A DNA stretch of 63,720 bases, counting the filler, from Octopus bimaculoides (taxonomy: Eukaryota), in NCBI RefSeq assembly GCF_001194135.2. It is 6 parts of 4 records of this genome, joined end to end, with 100 filler letters (N's around TTAATTAATTAA, not from the genome) between each part and the next. Parts side by side here need not be neighbours in the genome. Positions count along the whole stretch, not along the records: positions 16,559 to 38,399 come from NC_068987.1; 5 more parts are not named here. One strand, given 5' to 3'. Position numbers and translations under genes: made by a program. Positions 23,397-35,362 of the stretch are shown here, one piece after another; position 1 is the stretch's first letter, and each line of letters opens with the position of its first letter. A model generated the notes under the pieces. The model saw only the letters and a program-made list of their open reading frames with translations. It was not told the origin of the DNA and ran no database searches.

Positions 23397-25381
23397 ATAA
23401 GGGAGTGATGGAGTTAGAGAACATGAAAGTGCACCTGTATGTATTTGTGTATATGCATGTGTTTGTGTGTCTGTAAAAAAAAAAGAAAAAGAGCATACAT
23501 GCAAGTTTTGGCATAAGTGCATATGTTTGTGTGGTTGTGTGTGTATTTGTTTGTATGGGTGTGTGTAAAGGAAGAAAGAGAAATTTTTGTACACGTAGGT
23601 CTGTAAGTGCATGTGGCCGTGTGTATTCATGTGTAGGGGGTGATGGGTCAAGAGAAATGTGTGCTTGTGTGTGCATGCGTGGGTAAACTACTTGAAATAA
23701 AGAAAATTCTAGTGTAGTAACAGAGTGTATAAACAAAAAGAAACACATGTATATCGAAACGTGAGGAAACTTTTCAAAAGGTTTCAAAAGATTAGCCTTC
23801 AATCAGACAGCATGACCTGAATATTTATTGTTTCAGGAAAAAAGATTAACATGACCTGAAAATGATGAGGTATGTTTATAATACACGTTGAGCAAGTCAG
23901 TTTTGTTTCTTCTCTAGTACATTTCCTAGAGGCATTGTTTTAAAGCAAGTCAGGGTTTATGATCGTCATCGTGTTCCCAAGGAGTGTATTGTAGGGGCAC
24001 ACTGTGTTTGTAGGCTTTACCTGCTTTTTGTACTCTATTTTTTTCTTTTCCTTTTTTCTGATGTAATATTAGTGTAAAGATCAGTAACTTCTTTTTGGAA
24101 TGGCTCACCTTTGGGGTTTTCTTTTTCATTCATCTCCTCCACTCACTATTCCTAGCAGGGTCATGGGGGTAGAGTCTTTAGGAACTTCTTCCATAGGATC
24201 CTATGAGAAACAACCATAATTTAACTTTCCTGCCAGATTCTCAAATGTGACCATCTAAGTCCAACCATTTCATTATTAGTCTACCCCTAGGTCTTCTGCC
24301 AGTTGGCTTGTCCTGAAGAATCTATGTTTGATGGTGATCTGTAAATGAGAGAAAAATGTTACCTAAACAAAGTTTATCCTTTAAAATCATTTTATTTGTT
24401 ACACAAGAGTATTATTGGTCCCAAAGGAACCGGAAAATCTTGGGAAAATGTATCCCAGAGTCTGTAATAAAGTTCAAGGACTTCATAATAAAAGGACATT
24501 TGGTTTTTTTCAATTTTCCCACAGTGATCTGTAGCTAATCTCACATCTGACATGTAAAAATATACATTTCAAATCCTTCTATTTCCATTATTTGTTTAAC
24601 TTTTGATTTCATAAACAAAAAATTAAACCAATATCATACCTAAAATCATCAATTACTCAATGGATCACAAAGACATTAAATTTAAAAAAATAAAATGATT
24701 AAAGTCCAAAACCCACAAAGTAAAGTCATAGTGGTCCATCTGTTGCTGACCCATGAATTAGTCTTTTCCTTGTTGAATAAAATATATATAATGTGAGTTG
24801 GGTTATGCATATATTGTGTGAACTATTATGTGTTATAGTAAGGCTTCTGCTAAGTTTCAAACAATCTCACACAGATCCACTGCTTAGAACCATTTCCCAA
24901 CTATATTGACATAAAAGCAAAGATCAGCTGCAAGAAATTAATTGTGTCACCATTAACACTTAAGTGAACACTATTTGACCAACCAGATCAGCTTGTTTAT
25001 AATCAGATAGTAATAGACTTGTAAGCAGGCTTATGAATTTTCCCATCAAATAGTTCTAGAAGTTTTGACTGAATGTTATAAAACTGGATATCAAACACCT
25101 GATCAGAACAACCTCAGTTGCTGCACATAACTCTGTTGGTCAGTTTGAAGTAATGATGTTCTTAATTTTCTACTTATTCTGTCTTTGATAACCATGAACA
25201 ATTTTCATATAAATTACAAAAATATTTTAAGCAATGAAGACTTGTAACTATCACATTCACAATCTCTTGTATACTGTTTATTTCAAAACATTGCTGTACA
25301 TGTGTAAATGTAAATGTTCCAAGTAGCGAAAAATATGGAAATATATAAACACTGGTGTGGTCATTCACAGATTAATGACTA

Positions 25382-26620
25382 TCATCATCATCATCGTTTA
25401 ACGTCCGCTTTCGATGCTAGCATGGGTTGGACGATTTGACTGAGGACTGGTGAAACCGGATGGCAACACCAGGCTCCAATCTAATTTGGCAGAGTTTCTA
25501 CAGCTGGATGCCCTTCCTAACGCCAACCACCCCAAGAGTGTAGTGGGTGCTTTTACGTGTCACCCGCACGAGGGCCAGTCAGGCGGTACTGGCAACGGCC
25601 ACGCTCAAAATGGTGTCTTTTATGTGCCACCCGCACAAGAGCCAGTCCAGGGGCACTGGCAACGATCTCGCTCGAAGATCCAANNNNNNNNNNNNNNNNN
25701 NNNNNNNNNNNNNNNNNNNNNNNNNNNNNNNNNNNNNNNNNNNNNNNNNNNNNNNNNNNNNNNNNNNNNNNNNNNNNNNNNNNNNNNNNNNNNNNNNNNN
25801 NNNNNNNNNNNNNNNNNNNNNNNNNNNNNNNNNNNNNNNNNNNNNNNNNNNNNNNNNNNNNNNNNNNNNNNNNNNNNNNNNNNNNNNNNNNNNNNNNNNN
25901 NNNNNNNNNNNNNNNNNNNNNNNNNNNNNNNNNNNNNNNNNNNNNNNNNNNNNNNNNNNNNNNNNNNNNNNNNNNNNNNNNNNNNNNNNNNNNNNNNNNN
26001 NNNNNNNNNNNNNNNNNNNNNNNNNNNNNNNNNNNNNNNNNNNNNNNNNNNNNNNNNNNNNNNNNNNNNNNNNNNNNNNNNNNNNNNNNNNNNNNNNNNN
26101 NNNNNNNNNNNNNNNNNNNNNNNNNNNNNNNNNNNNNNNNNNNNNNNNNNNNNNNNNNNNNNNNNNNNNNNNNNNNNNNNNNNNNNNNNNNNNNNNNNNN
26201 NNNNNNNNNNNNNNNNNNNNNNNNNNNNNNNNNNNNNNNNNNNNNNNNNNNNNNNNNNNNNNNNNNNNNNNNNNNNNNNNNNNNNNNNNNNNNAACCCTC
26301 ACCTTACTGGCAGCATCTCTGTACATGGCTCGCACAGCTCTCACTAACCATTCTTCTATCCCAAGTTTCCTCATTGACCACCAGATAAGGGATCGGGGGA
26401 CCCTGTCAAAGGCTTTCTTCATGTCAATGAAGGCCAGGTACAGAGGTTTATCCTTGGCTAGGTATTTCTCCTGCAGCTGTCTCACTAGAAATATGGCATC
26501 AGTAGTGCTTTTACCTGGCACGAACCCAAACTGCATCTCATCTAAATTGATTCGCTCCCTAATTAGTTGGGCTATGACCCTCTCCATAACTTTCATAACC
26601 TGACTATGACGCACTAAAAT
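25382..26620 (-). mobile_element. 5'-truncated RTE LINE spanning an assembly gap
   Basis: RT motifs QFGFVPGKSTTDAIFLVRQLQEKY..LAFIDMKKAFDRVPR (26294-26614); 3' UTR with about 58-bp subrepeats and a (GAT)n tail at 25382-25683. Continuity across the Ns is assumed. Confidence 0.8.
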
Positions 26621-26639
26621 GTTATAATGTCAAATGGTG

Positions 26640-27055
26640 GTTGTATAGGTTATATATTTTGTGGATTCTTGTAGCAATTGTTTAAAATATGAATTGTTGG
26701 TGATATCTAGGATATGTTACAGTATTGAGAGTTGGTTATGTAGCAGTTATTTAATTGGGTAATAATTATGTTGAGTATGTTTTGTGCAGATTGTTTTTTA
26801 TTAGTGGAAGATAATTCTTTAGAAAATGTTTGTGTAAGTTGTGCACAAAGTATATTTTGTGAAGTGTACTATTCATTTGAAAGTGCCTTATGTAGAACAC
26901 TGAATATGCTCAACAGGGCTATTAACTGGACAGTGTGGAGATTTGTAAGCCTTGGTATAGTTGTTTATTTTTGTCTTCTTTATAATGTTCCACTTATTGG
27001 TTCAGTATTTAATTTCATGTCCCTTATCTTGCTTATTTACATTTCAAGATTTCTG
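26640..27055 (-). mobile_element. Possible highly decayed PLE endonuclease C-terminal fragment
   Basis: Reverse translation EIKY*TNKWNIIKKTK*TTIPRLT resembles the IKWxIxKK..Y..CxLC tail of some PLE GIY-YIG domains; many stops. Confidence 0.3.
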
Positions 27056-27062
27056 TGTTTGA

Positions 27063-28430
27063 TTGATTCTCAGTTTCAGTCCATTAGCAGGAAAGTCAAC
27101 ATCATACGTGAAGAATTTCACCCACTTCACAGAATTGATCAAGGATATCCCTATTGAATCCAACCAGATGGTGAGTCTAGATGTGATAAGGCTATTCACC
27201 AAAGTCCCAACTGGTGAAGCACTATCGGTGATTCAAGAAAAACTAGTGACGGACACCCATCTAAAAGAACGCACTAGTATACCAATAACAAACTTGATGG
27301 AAATGTTGACTTTCTGTGTAGAAACTACCTACTTCAGTATGGACACTGATATATATCGACAAGAAGATGGTTTAGCTATGGGTTCGCCATTATCACCGAT
27401 AATAGCCAATATATACATGGAATACTTCGAGAATTTGGCTTTAGGATCAACACCACTAANNNNNNNNNNNNNNNNNNNNNNNNNNNNNNNNNNNNNNNNN
27501 NNNNNNNNNNNNNNNNNNNNNNNNNNNNNNNNNNNNNNNNNNNNNNNNNNNNNNNNNNNNNNNNNNNNNNNNNNNNNNNNNNNNNNNNNNNNNNNNNNNN
27601 NNNNNNNNNNNNNNNNNNNNNNNNNNNNNNNNNNNNNNNNNNNNNNNNNNNNNNNNNNNNNNNNNNNNNNNNNNNNNNNNNNNNNNNNNNNNNNNNNNNN
27701 NNNNNNNNNNNNNNNNNNNNNNNNNNNNNNNNNNNNNNNNNNNNNNNNNNNNNNNNNNNNNNNNNNNNNNNNNNNNNNNNNNNNNNNNNNNNNNNNNNNN
27801 NNNNNNNNNNNNNNNNNNNNNNNNNNNNNNNNNNNNNNNNNNNNNNNNNNNNNNNNNNNNNNNNNNNNNNNNNNNNNNNNNNNNNNNNNNNNNNNNNNNN
27901 NNNNNNNNNNNNNNNNNNNNNNNNNNNNNNNNNNNNNNNNNNNNNNNNNNNNNNNNNNNNNNNNNNNNNNNNNNNNNNNNNNNNNNNNNNNNNNNNNNNN
28001 NNNNNNNNNNNNNNNNNNNNNNNNNNNNNNNNNNNNNNNNNNNNNNNNNNNNNNNNNNNNNNNNNNNNNNNNNNNNNNNNNNNNNNNNNNNNNNNNNNNN
28101 NNNNNNNNNNNNNNNNNNNNNNNNNNNNNNNNNNNNNNNNNNNNNNNNNNNNNNNNNNNNNNNNNNNNNNNNNNNNNNNNNNNNNNNNNNNNNNNNNNNN
28201 NNNNNNNNNNNNNNNNNNNNNNNNNNNNNNNNNNNNNNNNNNNNNNNNNNNNNNNNNNNNNNNNGGATGAAGTTAAAATAATAGACAGGGAACAACACTG
28301 GAAAATACGAAAACTAAAAGAAGCAGCACATATGCTAGGACACAACAACCTCCTAAGCAGACCGAGTGCAGATATGAATAGCATATGGGAACCGGTATTG
28401 AGGAAGGATAAAAAAATAATAGATTTATAA
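27063..28430 (+). mobile_element. Penelope-like element ORF (RT, then end of GIY-YIG), Penelope/Poseidon-like
   Basis: STSYVKN..MVSLDVIRLFTKVP..YRQEDGLAMGSPLSPIIANIYMEYFE (PLE RT); after the gap, VKIIDREQHWKIRKLKEAAHM (endonuclease end). Confidence 0.9.
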
Positions 28431-28459
28431 GCCCTAAAATTCACTCCATAATTGCTCAC

Positions 28460-28705
28460 GGGCATATGGCGTAGTGGTTAAGAGCGCGGGCTACTAACCC
28501 CAAGATTTCGAGTTCGATTCACGGCAGCGACCTGATTAATAATAATAATAGTAATAATAATATAATAATAGTAACAACGTTAGGAATGAGAACCCAAGTT
28601 CGAAATTTCCCCAAGACACCTAATGAAGGCTGGAGGGTATATCAGCCGAAACGTTATGCTAACAACAAACAAGATGAGGACAAATATCCGTCAAATGTAA
28701 ATAAT
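28460..28705 (+). mobile_element. Composite unit: tRNA-derived head + (AAT)n + hammerhead-bearing PLE pseudo-LTR
   Basis: A box TGGCGTAGTGG (28467-28477), B box-like GAGTTCGATTC (28510-28520), then GACAC CTAATGA A GGCTG..CAGCC GAAAC GTT (28615-28655; core mutated at G5). Begins 30 nt after the PLE stop codon. Confidence 0.8.
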
Positions 28706-29249
28706 CATCATCATTGTTGTTGTTGTTGTTATTATTACTATCATCATTATCATCATCGCTGAGTCTCATAGTGGGAAGATGTCTTTTTTTCTCTCCACAA
28801 AACAATGTCTCTATTTCAAGAATTACGATGGGAAAACTTTTTTGAAGTAATATCTATTTATACTCAGCAAAGTGTAAATCAGAAAAACTAAAATAGATTT
28901 AAATATTTAAAAACCTCATTGGAATCAACGCTCCAATACTCGCAACAGATAGACAAAAGATTTACTTTTATTTGCTTTTACAGAGTTGATTTTATTTGCT
29001 CACACATGTTGACCTCAATTCACACTCAAAATGTCTACCAAACACATTCACTGTACAAAGCAAAATATCATGTACAGTACCTAAAAGACAGTAGAAAAAC
29101 AAATTGCATCAGAGACTAAACAATAAAGAAGAAAATGATGAACATTTTGATGAACAAATTAATAGAAGAAAAATATTTTGGATAGTCTAACAAATAATTT
29201 TAAAGATAATACAGTTCTATATTTAAGAGATGAGGAATTATGTATATTA

Positions 29250-29421
29250 TTTACATTATTTACATTTGACGGATATTTGTCCTTGTCTTGTTTGTTGTTA
29301 ACACAACATTTCTGCTGATATACTCTCCAGCCTTCATCAGGTGTCTTGAGAAATTTCGAACCTGGGTTCTCATTTCTAAGGTATTTTTCGATGTTGTTAT
29401 TATTATTATTATTATTATTAC

Positions 29422-29485
<64 letters not shown>

Positions 29486-29575
29486 CACTACGCCATATGC
29501 CTGTGAGCATATGGCGTAGTGGTTAAGAGCACGGGCTACTAACCTCAAGATTCCAAGTTCAATTCCAAGCAGTGA

Positions 29576-29616
<41 letters not shown>

Positions 29617-29815
29617 TTAACAACAACATCAAAAAATACCTTAGAAATGAGAACCCAGGTTCAAAATTTCCTCAAGACACTTGATGAAGGCTGGAGGGTA
29701 TATCAGCCGAAACGTNNNNNNNNNNGATGAAGGCTGGAGGGTATATCAGCCGAAACGTTGTGTTAACAACAAACAAGATGAGGACAAATATCTGTCAAAT
29801 GTAAATAATCTAAAT
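29250..29815. mobile_element. Head-to-head pair of the tRNA/(AAT)n/hammerhead unit
   Basis: Minus unit 29250-29500 (core CTGATGA at 29334-29340); plus unit 29507-29815 (core TTGATGA at 29681-29687); perfect 20-bp inverted arms 29481-29500 and 29507-29526. Confidence 0.85.
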
Positions 29816-30850
29816 TTTAAAGATATTGATAAAAGCAACTACATTCTTTCAATCAGTATTGGTTTATGTCCCCATAATTTAATGGTTAGGCATAAGATAC
29901 TGAAAGAATAAGTATCAGAGTTAAAATAAAACTAAGTACTACGTTTGAGCTGTTCAACCAAAACTCTTCAAGGTAGTACTCCAGTATGATTATGTTCAAT
30001 TACTGAAACAAGTATAAGATAAAAGATAAAATTATTTAGTAAAGTCAGCTTAGACTCTCACATCGATCTTCTACAAATTAGTGATCTGAAGTGAATGTCA
30101 GAAATCATTTTTCAGAATCAATGAAGCATTGTCCAAAATATTTTTTATGGTACAAGTTAGCTATATCGCATTATGTTCTGAGTTCAAACCCTATTAAGAT
30201 CGACTTTGCTTTTTTTGGTTATTCTGGGATCATCATTCTCTTTCTTTTTTTTTTCTTTTTTGCTTCATTTTAATGTCCACTTTTCTAAACTCACATGGGT
30301 CAGATGGAATTTTGTTGAGGGTGATTTTTAATGGGCAGATGTCCTTCTTGTTGTCAGCCCTCTCCTGTTTCCAAGTAAGGTGATATTTCTCCATCGCCAG
30401 ATATAGTCTTGCAGTATATTGGAAATGAATGATACTGCTTGTATGACAGTGACAATCATTTAGAACTATCACTCAATGTCAACACACACACACACACACA
30501 CACACGCAACTGGCTTCCTTCAGTTTCCGTCAACCAAATCCCTGCTCACAAGGCTTTGGTTGGCCTGGGACTATAGTAGAAGAGACTGGCCCATGTACCA
30601 TGCAGTAGGACTGAAACTGGAACTATGTGGTTGGGAAGCAAATTTCTTGCCAACAACCACACTTTGTCTCTCTTAAATAAATACTAGGAGTTAATTTATA
30701 GATTGTTTGCTCCAGAAAGCATTCGTGGCTTTACAGCTGTGTTATACTATTGACAAAAATCATTATTTACATTATTGACAGAGCTTCAACACAAGAGAAT
30801 TTAAGAAATAATAAAGTAAATCAAAATATAGCAGATTTACATTTATAGAC

Positions 30851-30890
30851 TACTAGCAGAAATACCCGGCTTTGCCCGGGTTAAAGAGAA
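30851..30890 (+). mobile_element. Possible Helitron-type terminus running into a gap
   Basis: TACTAGCAGAAATACCCGGCTTTGCCCGGG resembles the ACTAG..CCCG..CGG ends of non-autonomous Helitron-like elements. Confidence 0.35.
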
Positions 30891-31079
30891 NNNNNNNNNN
30901 NNNNNNNNNNNNNNNNNNNNNNNNNNNNNNNNNNNNNNNNNNNNNNNNNNNNNNNNNNNNNNNNNNNNNNNNNNNNNNNNNNNNNNNNNNGATATTCTCA
31001 TTTTAAAATCCATCGTTAGGTAATCGTTGAGAGGATGTTGGTGTTGCCTTGGCAGATGTTTGCACTCTCTGAGTTCTCT

Positions 31080-31235
31080 TGTTATTATTATTATTGAGTG
31101 AGTGAGCAATGCATGCCAATAAAGTGACACTGGGGTACAAAATATACGAAGTCCAATCATGTCTACCCATCTGTTAAGGGTACACATGCATCACAACCAT
31201 GTATGTGTGTGACATGGCGATCTCATTGACTTAGA
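31080..31235 (-). mobile_element. Second copy of the 6020-6410 repeat 3' end
   Basis: Internal homology to 6330-6405; ends in (AAT)n on its sense strand. Confidence 0.6.
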
Positions 31236-31544
31236 TGATAAATGGCAGTATCTATGATGCCTTTGAGGGTCTCTGAAACTGGTTGGAGAAAGTGAGGAAG
31301 TTATCCTATGATCAGAGACCTGGCCTAAATGCTTACTACAAAGTGGCTACCGCTAAAAATACCTAAGGGCCAGAGAATGGTTAAACAAGACAACAGATTA
31401 AGTCAGACATGTCAAATTCATTTGGTCTCACAAGCCAAATTGAAGAATTAACTAGATAGATCTTGCAGGCTGGACAAAACAATTTATAATATAGATCAAA
31501 TTAAAATGGACAGAGGGATCGATCTACATTAATCATCATCATCA

Positions 31545-31800
31545 TCATCATCATCATCATAATCACTTAATGTCCATTTTCCATGCTGGAAGGGTTGGAC
31601 AGTTTGACAGGAGCTGGCCAGCCAAAGTGCTGCCCAGGCTCCATGTCTGTTTTGGCATAGTTTCTATGGTTGGATGCCCTTCCTAATGCCAACCACTTTA
31701 CTGAGCTCCAGCACAGGTGTATTTAGATGGCACTGGTATAGATACATTTTACATGGCACTGGTATGGGTGCATTTTACATGGTACCAGCACCCATGAGCC
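31545..31800 (-). mobile_element. RTE-tail repeat (LINE 3' UTR or SINE) with (GAT)n tail
   Basis: TTTCCATGCT..GGGTTGGAC..GGATGCCCTTCCTAATGCCAACCAC shared with 25382-25683, 36170-36400, 45232-45620, 51480-51800, 55180-55340 and 56390-56570. Confidence 0.8.
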
Positions 31801-32359
31801 CACAAGATTAGGAATGTTCAGCTAGAAAGGAATGCAAGGGACATGCTTGTATGCAAGGACAACCATGCTTTTACTTAGCTTGATGTGTCTTCTTAAGCAG
31901 AGCAAACTTCCAGGAGTCTTGGTCCCCTGTCAACCCCTCTGTGAGTTTCAATATCTGTAGACCCTTTCTCACCACTTTAATTAACAAAAAAAGAAGGGAA
32001 CTATTAGCAAAGTTTATGTGCAGAGAAGTGATCTAAATGCTATCCACATGGTTTATAAACTGAAACGTGAAGTAAATGTCATCCATATGGTATATAAACT
32101 GTTTTATTTAGTAAATCATACGAATGAGAATAGCAATAGTAATTATCTAATTGAATGCATATAGTTCTTGTGAATATTAATCCTTGATAAGAAGCTTACA
32201 CTGTTTCAATTGTAAAATCTTTCAATGTTATTCATATCACCAGAATCCATTTGAACAAACATAGTATAAAGTCGACATCCTTGGATTAAATCTACCAATC
32301 AGAGCTAGATAAATATTTTGTAGTCCCTTAGTTTTATCATGCTTTAATAATATTTTTAG

Positions 32360-32760
32360 CTCAGTGGTAAGAAGTTTGCTTCCCAACCACATGGTTCTAG
32401 GTTCAGTCCCACCATGTGACAGCTTCAGCAGGTGTCTTCTATTATAGCCTCAGGCCAACCAAAGCCTTGTGAGAGGATTTGGTAGACAGAAGCTGAAAGA
32501 AGCCTATCACATATATTATATATGTGTATATATGTGTGTGTGTGCCTTTGTATCTGTGTTTGTCCCCAACTACCCTTGACAGCTGGTGCTGGTATGCTCA
32601 TGTCCCTGTAACTTAGCAGTTTGGCAAAAAAAAAATCAGTTGAATAAGTACCAGGCTTAAAAAAAAAATTATCAACTGAGGTCAATTCATTTAACTAAAA
32701 ATCCTTCTAGAAAGTGCCCCAGCATAGCTGCAGTCAAATGACTGAAACAAGTAAAAGAAA
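32360..32760 (+). mobile_element. tRNA-derived SINE (abundant cephalopod-type family)
   Basis: GTGGTAAG..CCCAACCACATGGTTC..GGTTCAGTCCCAC head, internal microsatellite, GCAGTCAAATGACTGAAACAAGT tail. Other copies at 42310-42690 and 52230-52630, with partial or minus copies at 30480-30660, 35880-36060, 44990-45160 and 46580-46810. Confidence 0.85.
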
Positions 32761-33409
32761 AAAAAGACAAAAAAGCAAAAGGAATTCTGTTTATTGTTCA
32801 TAAAAGTGCACTCCTTATCATTTGTTAGTCTTGTAACTTTCAAATAACAATATATTACTATTTTTTTTAATTATTCAAATTTTTTTTATGTAATGCTCAA
32901 AAGACAGGTATTATATCATGTTGGAAATATTTACCTTGTGGCTACAGCTAGTATATAAATAAAGTGGTGTTCCTTTTTTTCTGTAGTATAATAAATGAAT
33001 CCTTTTCAAACAGATAATTTAGGAAAATTAATACTTTGAATCAGCATTTACAAATGAAATAACTTTTCAGTTAATCCCTAGAATCCCCTGGGCTGCAGCC
33101 TCTAAAGCCCCATTCTTTAATCTGTGTAGTGTTTTTACATCTAATAGTCAAGGCTTGTAATTACTGACATGTTCATTTTGTATCTTTATTGTTGTTCAGC
33201 CATGAGCCAGCTCTGACCAAGTAAAACTATAATAAAAAGAACAAAAACACACTAGTCATCCCTGACTTATCATGACAACCTTATGTAATATATTCTTCAT
33301 CATTTCAGATGACTGAGCAAGATGTGAGGAAGATTTATCTGTGATATCTAGTAGGACAAGTGACAGAATAGAAGCTCACTCATTGGCTCATGAACCCTTT
33401 AATTATATG

Positions 33410-34010
33410 TGGAGGCATGTGGCTTAGTGGTTAGGGTGTTGGACTCGTGATCGTAAGATTGTGGTTTCGATTCTTGGACTGGATGATACAGTGTGTTCAT
33501 GAGCAAAACATTTCACTCGGTTCACTCAGCTGACAAAAATGAGTAATCCTGTGAGGGACTGGCATCCTATCCAGGTGAGGGAATGTATACGCCATGAAAC
33601 TAAGAAACCAGTCCTTATGTGTTGGTATGATTCACAAAGATAACCTTTACCTTTACTCTACCTGTAATTATGTTGGTGCGAAGGCACAGGGCTTAGTGGT
33701 TGGGGGTGTTCAGCTCACAATCGCAAGGTTGTGAGTTTAATTCCCAGTTATGCATTGTATCTTTGAGCAAGACACTTTGTTTCACATTGCTCCAGTCCAC
33801 TCAGCTGACAAAAATGAGTAGTACTTGTATTTCAAAGGACCAGCCTTGTCACACTCTGTGTCATGCTGAATCTTCCTGAGAACTATGTTAAGGGTACATG
33901 TGTCAGTGGAGTGCTCAGCCACATGCACACCAATTTCACAAACAGGCTGTTCCATTGATCAGATCAACTGGAACCCTCGTCATAACTGTTGGAATGCCAA
34001 ATATGTTGAG
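33410..34010 (+). mobile_element. Two adjacent tRNA-headed SINEs with a CORE-like central block
   Basis: GGCTTAGTGGTT A boxes at about 33421 and 33690; shared TGAGCAA.AC..TT..CACTCAGCTGACAAAAATGAGTA block. Confidence 0.65.
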
Positions 34011-34074
34011 CACAGGTTCCAATTATGCCTTCTGTTCATATCTATTAAGCCTATTCTTGAATTTGTTGAACTGG

Positions 34075-34310
34075 TCAACCCTTCTAATACCAATCAACCT
34101 GAGACCACCACTGGCTTTATGATACAAACCTCATATTTAAGGTAATTTAAATGAAAGCTCCCCATCAAAATTTCATGTTGATTTATGTTCCAAATTACAA
34201 GCTTAACAATGACAAGTTATTTTACTAAATTTTTCATTATTTTCAAAATTAACTGCAATTAAATCAGTGTATTTTGTTAGGAATATAGTAATGAAAGCTT
34301 TAAACTTTTT
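34075..34310 (+). mobile_element. MITE family, probably piggyBac-type
   Basis: Homologous to the reverse complement of 48140-48350 (ATTTCATGTT.ATTTAT.TTCCAAA, TGAC.AAGTTAT, TTCATTATTTTCAA.ATTAA); AACCCTT..(T)TTAA-like ends. Confidence 0.6.
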
Positions 34311-35362
34311 AATCATTTGGAAATATCTTCCAGTTTATAGGAGACAAATTCAAAAAGATTTCCATGCTCAATGCAGCCTTTACTTTCCACACTCACACCA
34401 TCAGATGGCATCACAAGACATTACACAGATATGGCAGTCAATTATTCTTAAGCAGATGCACTCCTTCAAGTGCAGAGGTACGGAAAACTTCACTTCCTTG
34501 CCCCACTTCATCTAGAAGCTCCATGACCATGAGAATGACATCCTCACAATAAAATGAAGTATCATTGACAGAGCCCTCCTCCTTACTCACCTGGAACTCA
34601 CATGTATTTCCCTAACCTGCTGTATCCATCAATAAGAACAAACTGTCTTTTTGTTGCCACCAATGGTATACCCTATTAATGAACTTCAAGTCACTGGCAG
34701 CTGTTCTAGGCTATTTAATCTCTGTCACTCTTATAGACCACAGTCCACCCATGTTAATCATCCAATCTCAATTGCAGCCCAACACCTTCGAATTTGATTA
34801 CTCTCATATAAAGACTGCTTCCACAGAAAGCTAACAGAGCTATTGACTCATACCAACATCCCACCTTATCATATGCAAGAACTAATGTCACTGAATGTCA
34901 CTATACTGCAGCTTGCCACTAAAGTGGTACCAATATCTTGTCCAAGTAGCTAAAAATAAAGAAAATAGCTGGTGTCACTTTCACAGCAATAACGCCACAT
35001 GACCTAGGCTGACCAATAAAGGCTAATATCTAGAAGCTATCTTGAATTTGTCTCAAATCTCTCTCTTCTCCTGTATCTGATGAGGTGGGCAAGTTCTGTT
35101 AGCCAATGAAACTTCAAATCATATAAATCTGAGTCAAACTGTTGTTAAATAGTATATGTAACTCCTACCAAATGTGCTGAGCTACACTTTCTTTCATTTG
35201 TCTACCCACTTGTGTGTATGTGTATATCTATATATTTATATCTGCAATGTGTGTGTTTGTGTGTGTAATGAATAACTTCCTAGTTTCTAAACCAAGATTT
35301 GAAACTGAATCTACATTATTCTACTAGTTCCTTTCCTATTGTTCTCAGGTTTTGCACTTACA

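Noticed and set aside
28460-28533. Functional tRNA gene (also 29507-29578)
   Set aside because: The acceptor and anticodon stems do not pair properly and it is embedded in a repeat; treated as a tRNA-derived head.
29684-29760. Apparent tandem hammerhead dimer
   Set aside because: An identical 31-bp stretch on both sides of a 10-N gap is most likely an unmerged contig overlap. It would matter if long reads showed it to be real.
34400-35000. Minus-strand host exon ending at CAG|GTGAGT (about 34590)
   Set aside because: Stops in all upstream frames and no pyrimidine tract. The region more likely is a very old LINE RT remnant, too decayed to call.
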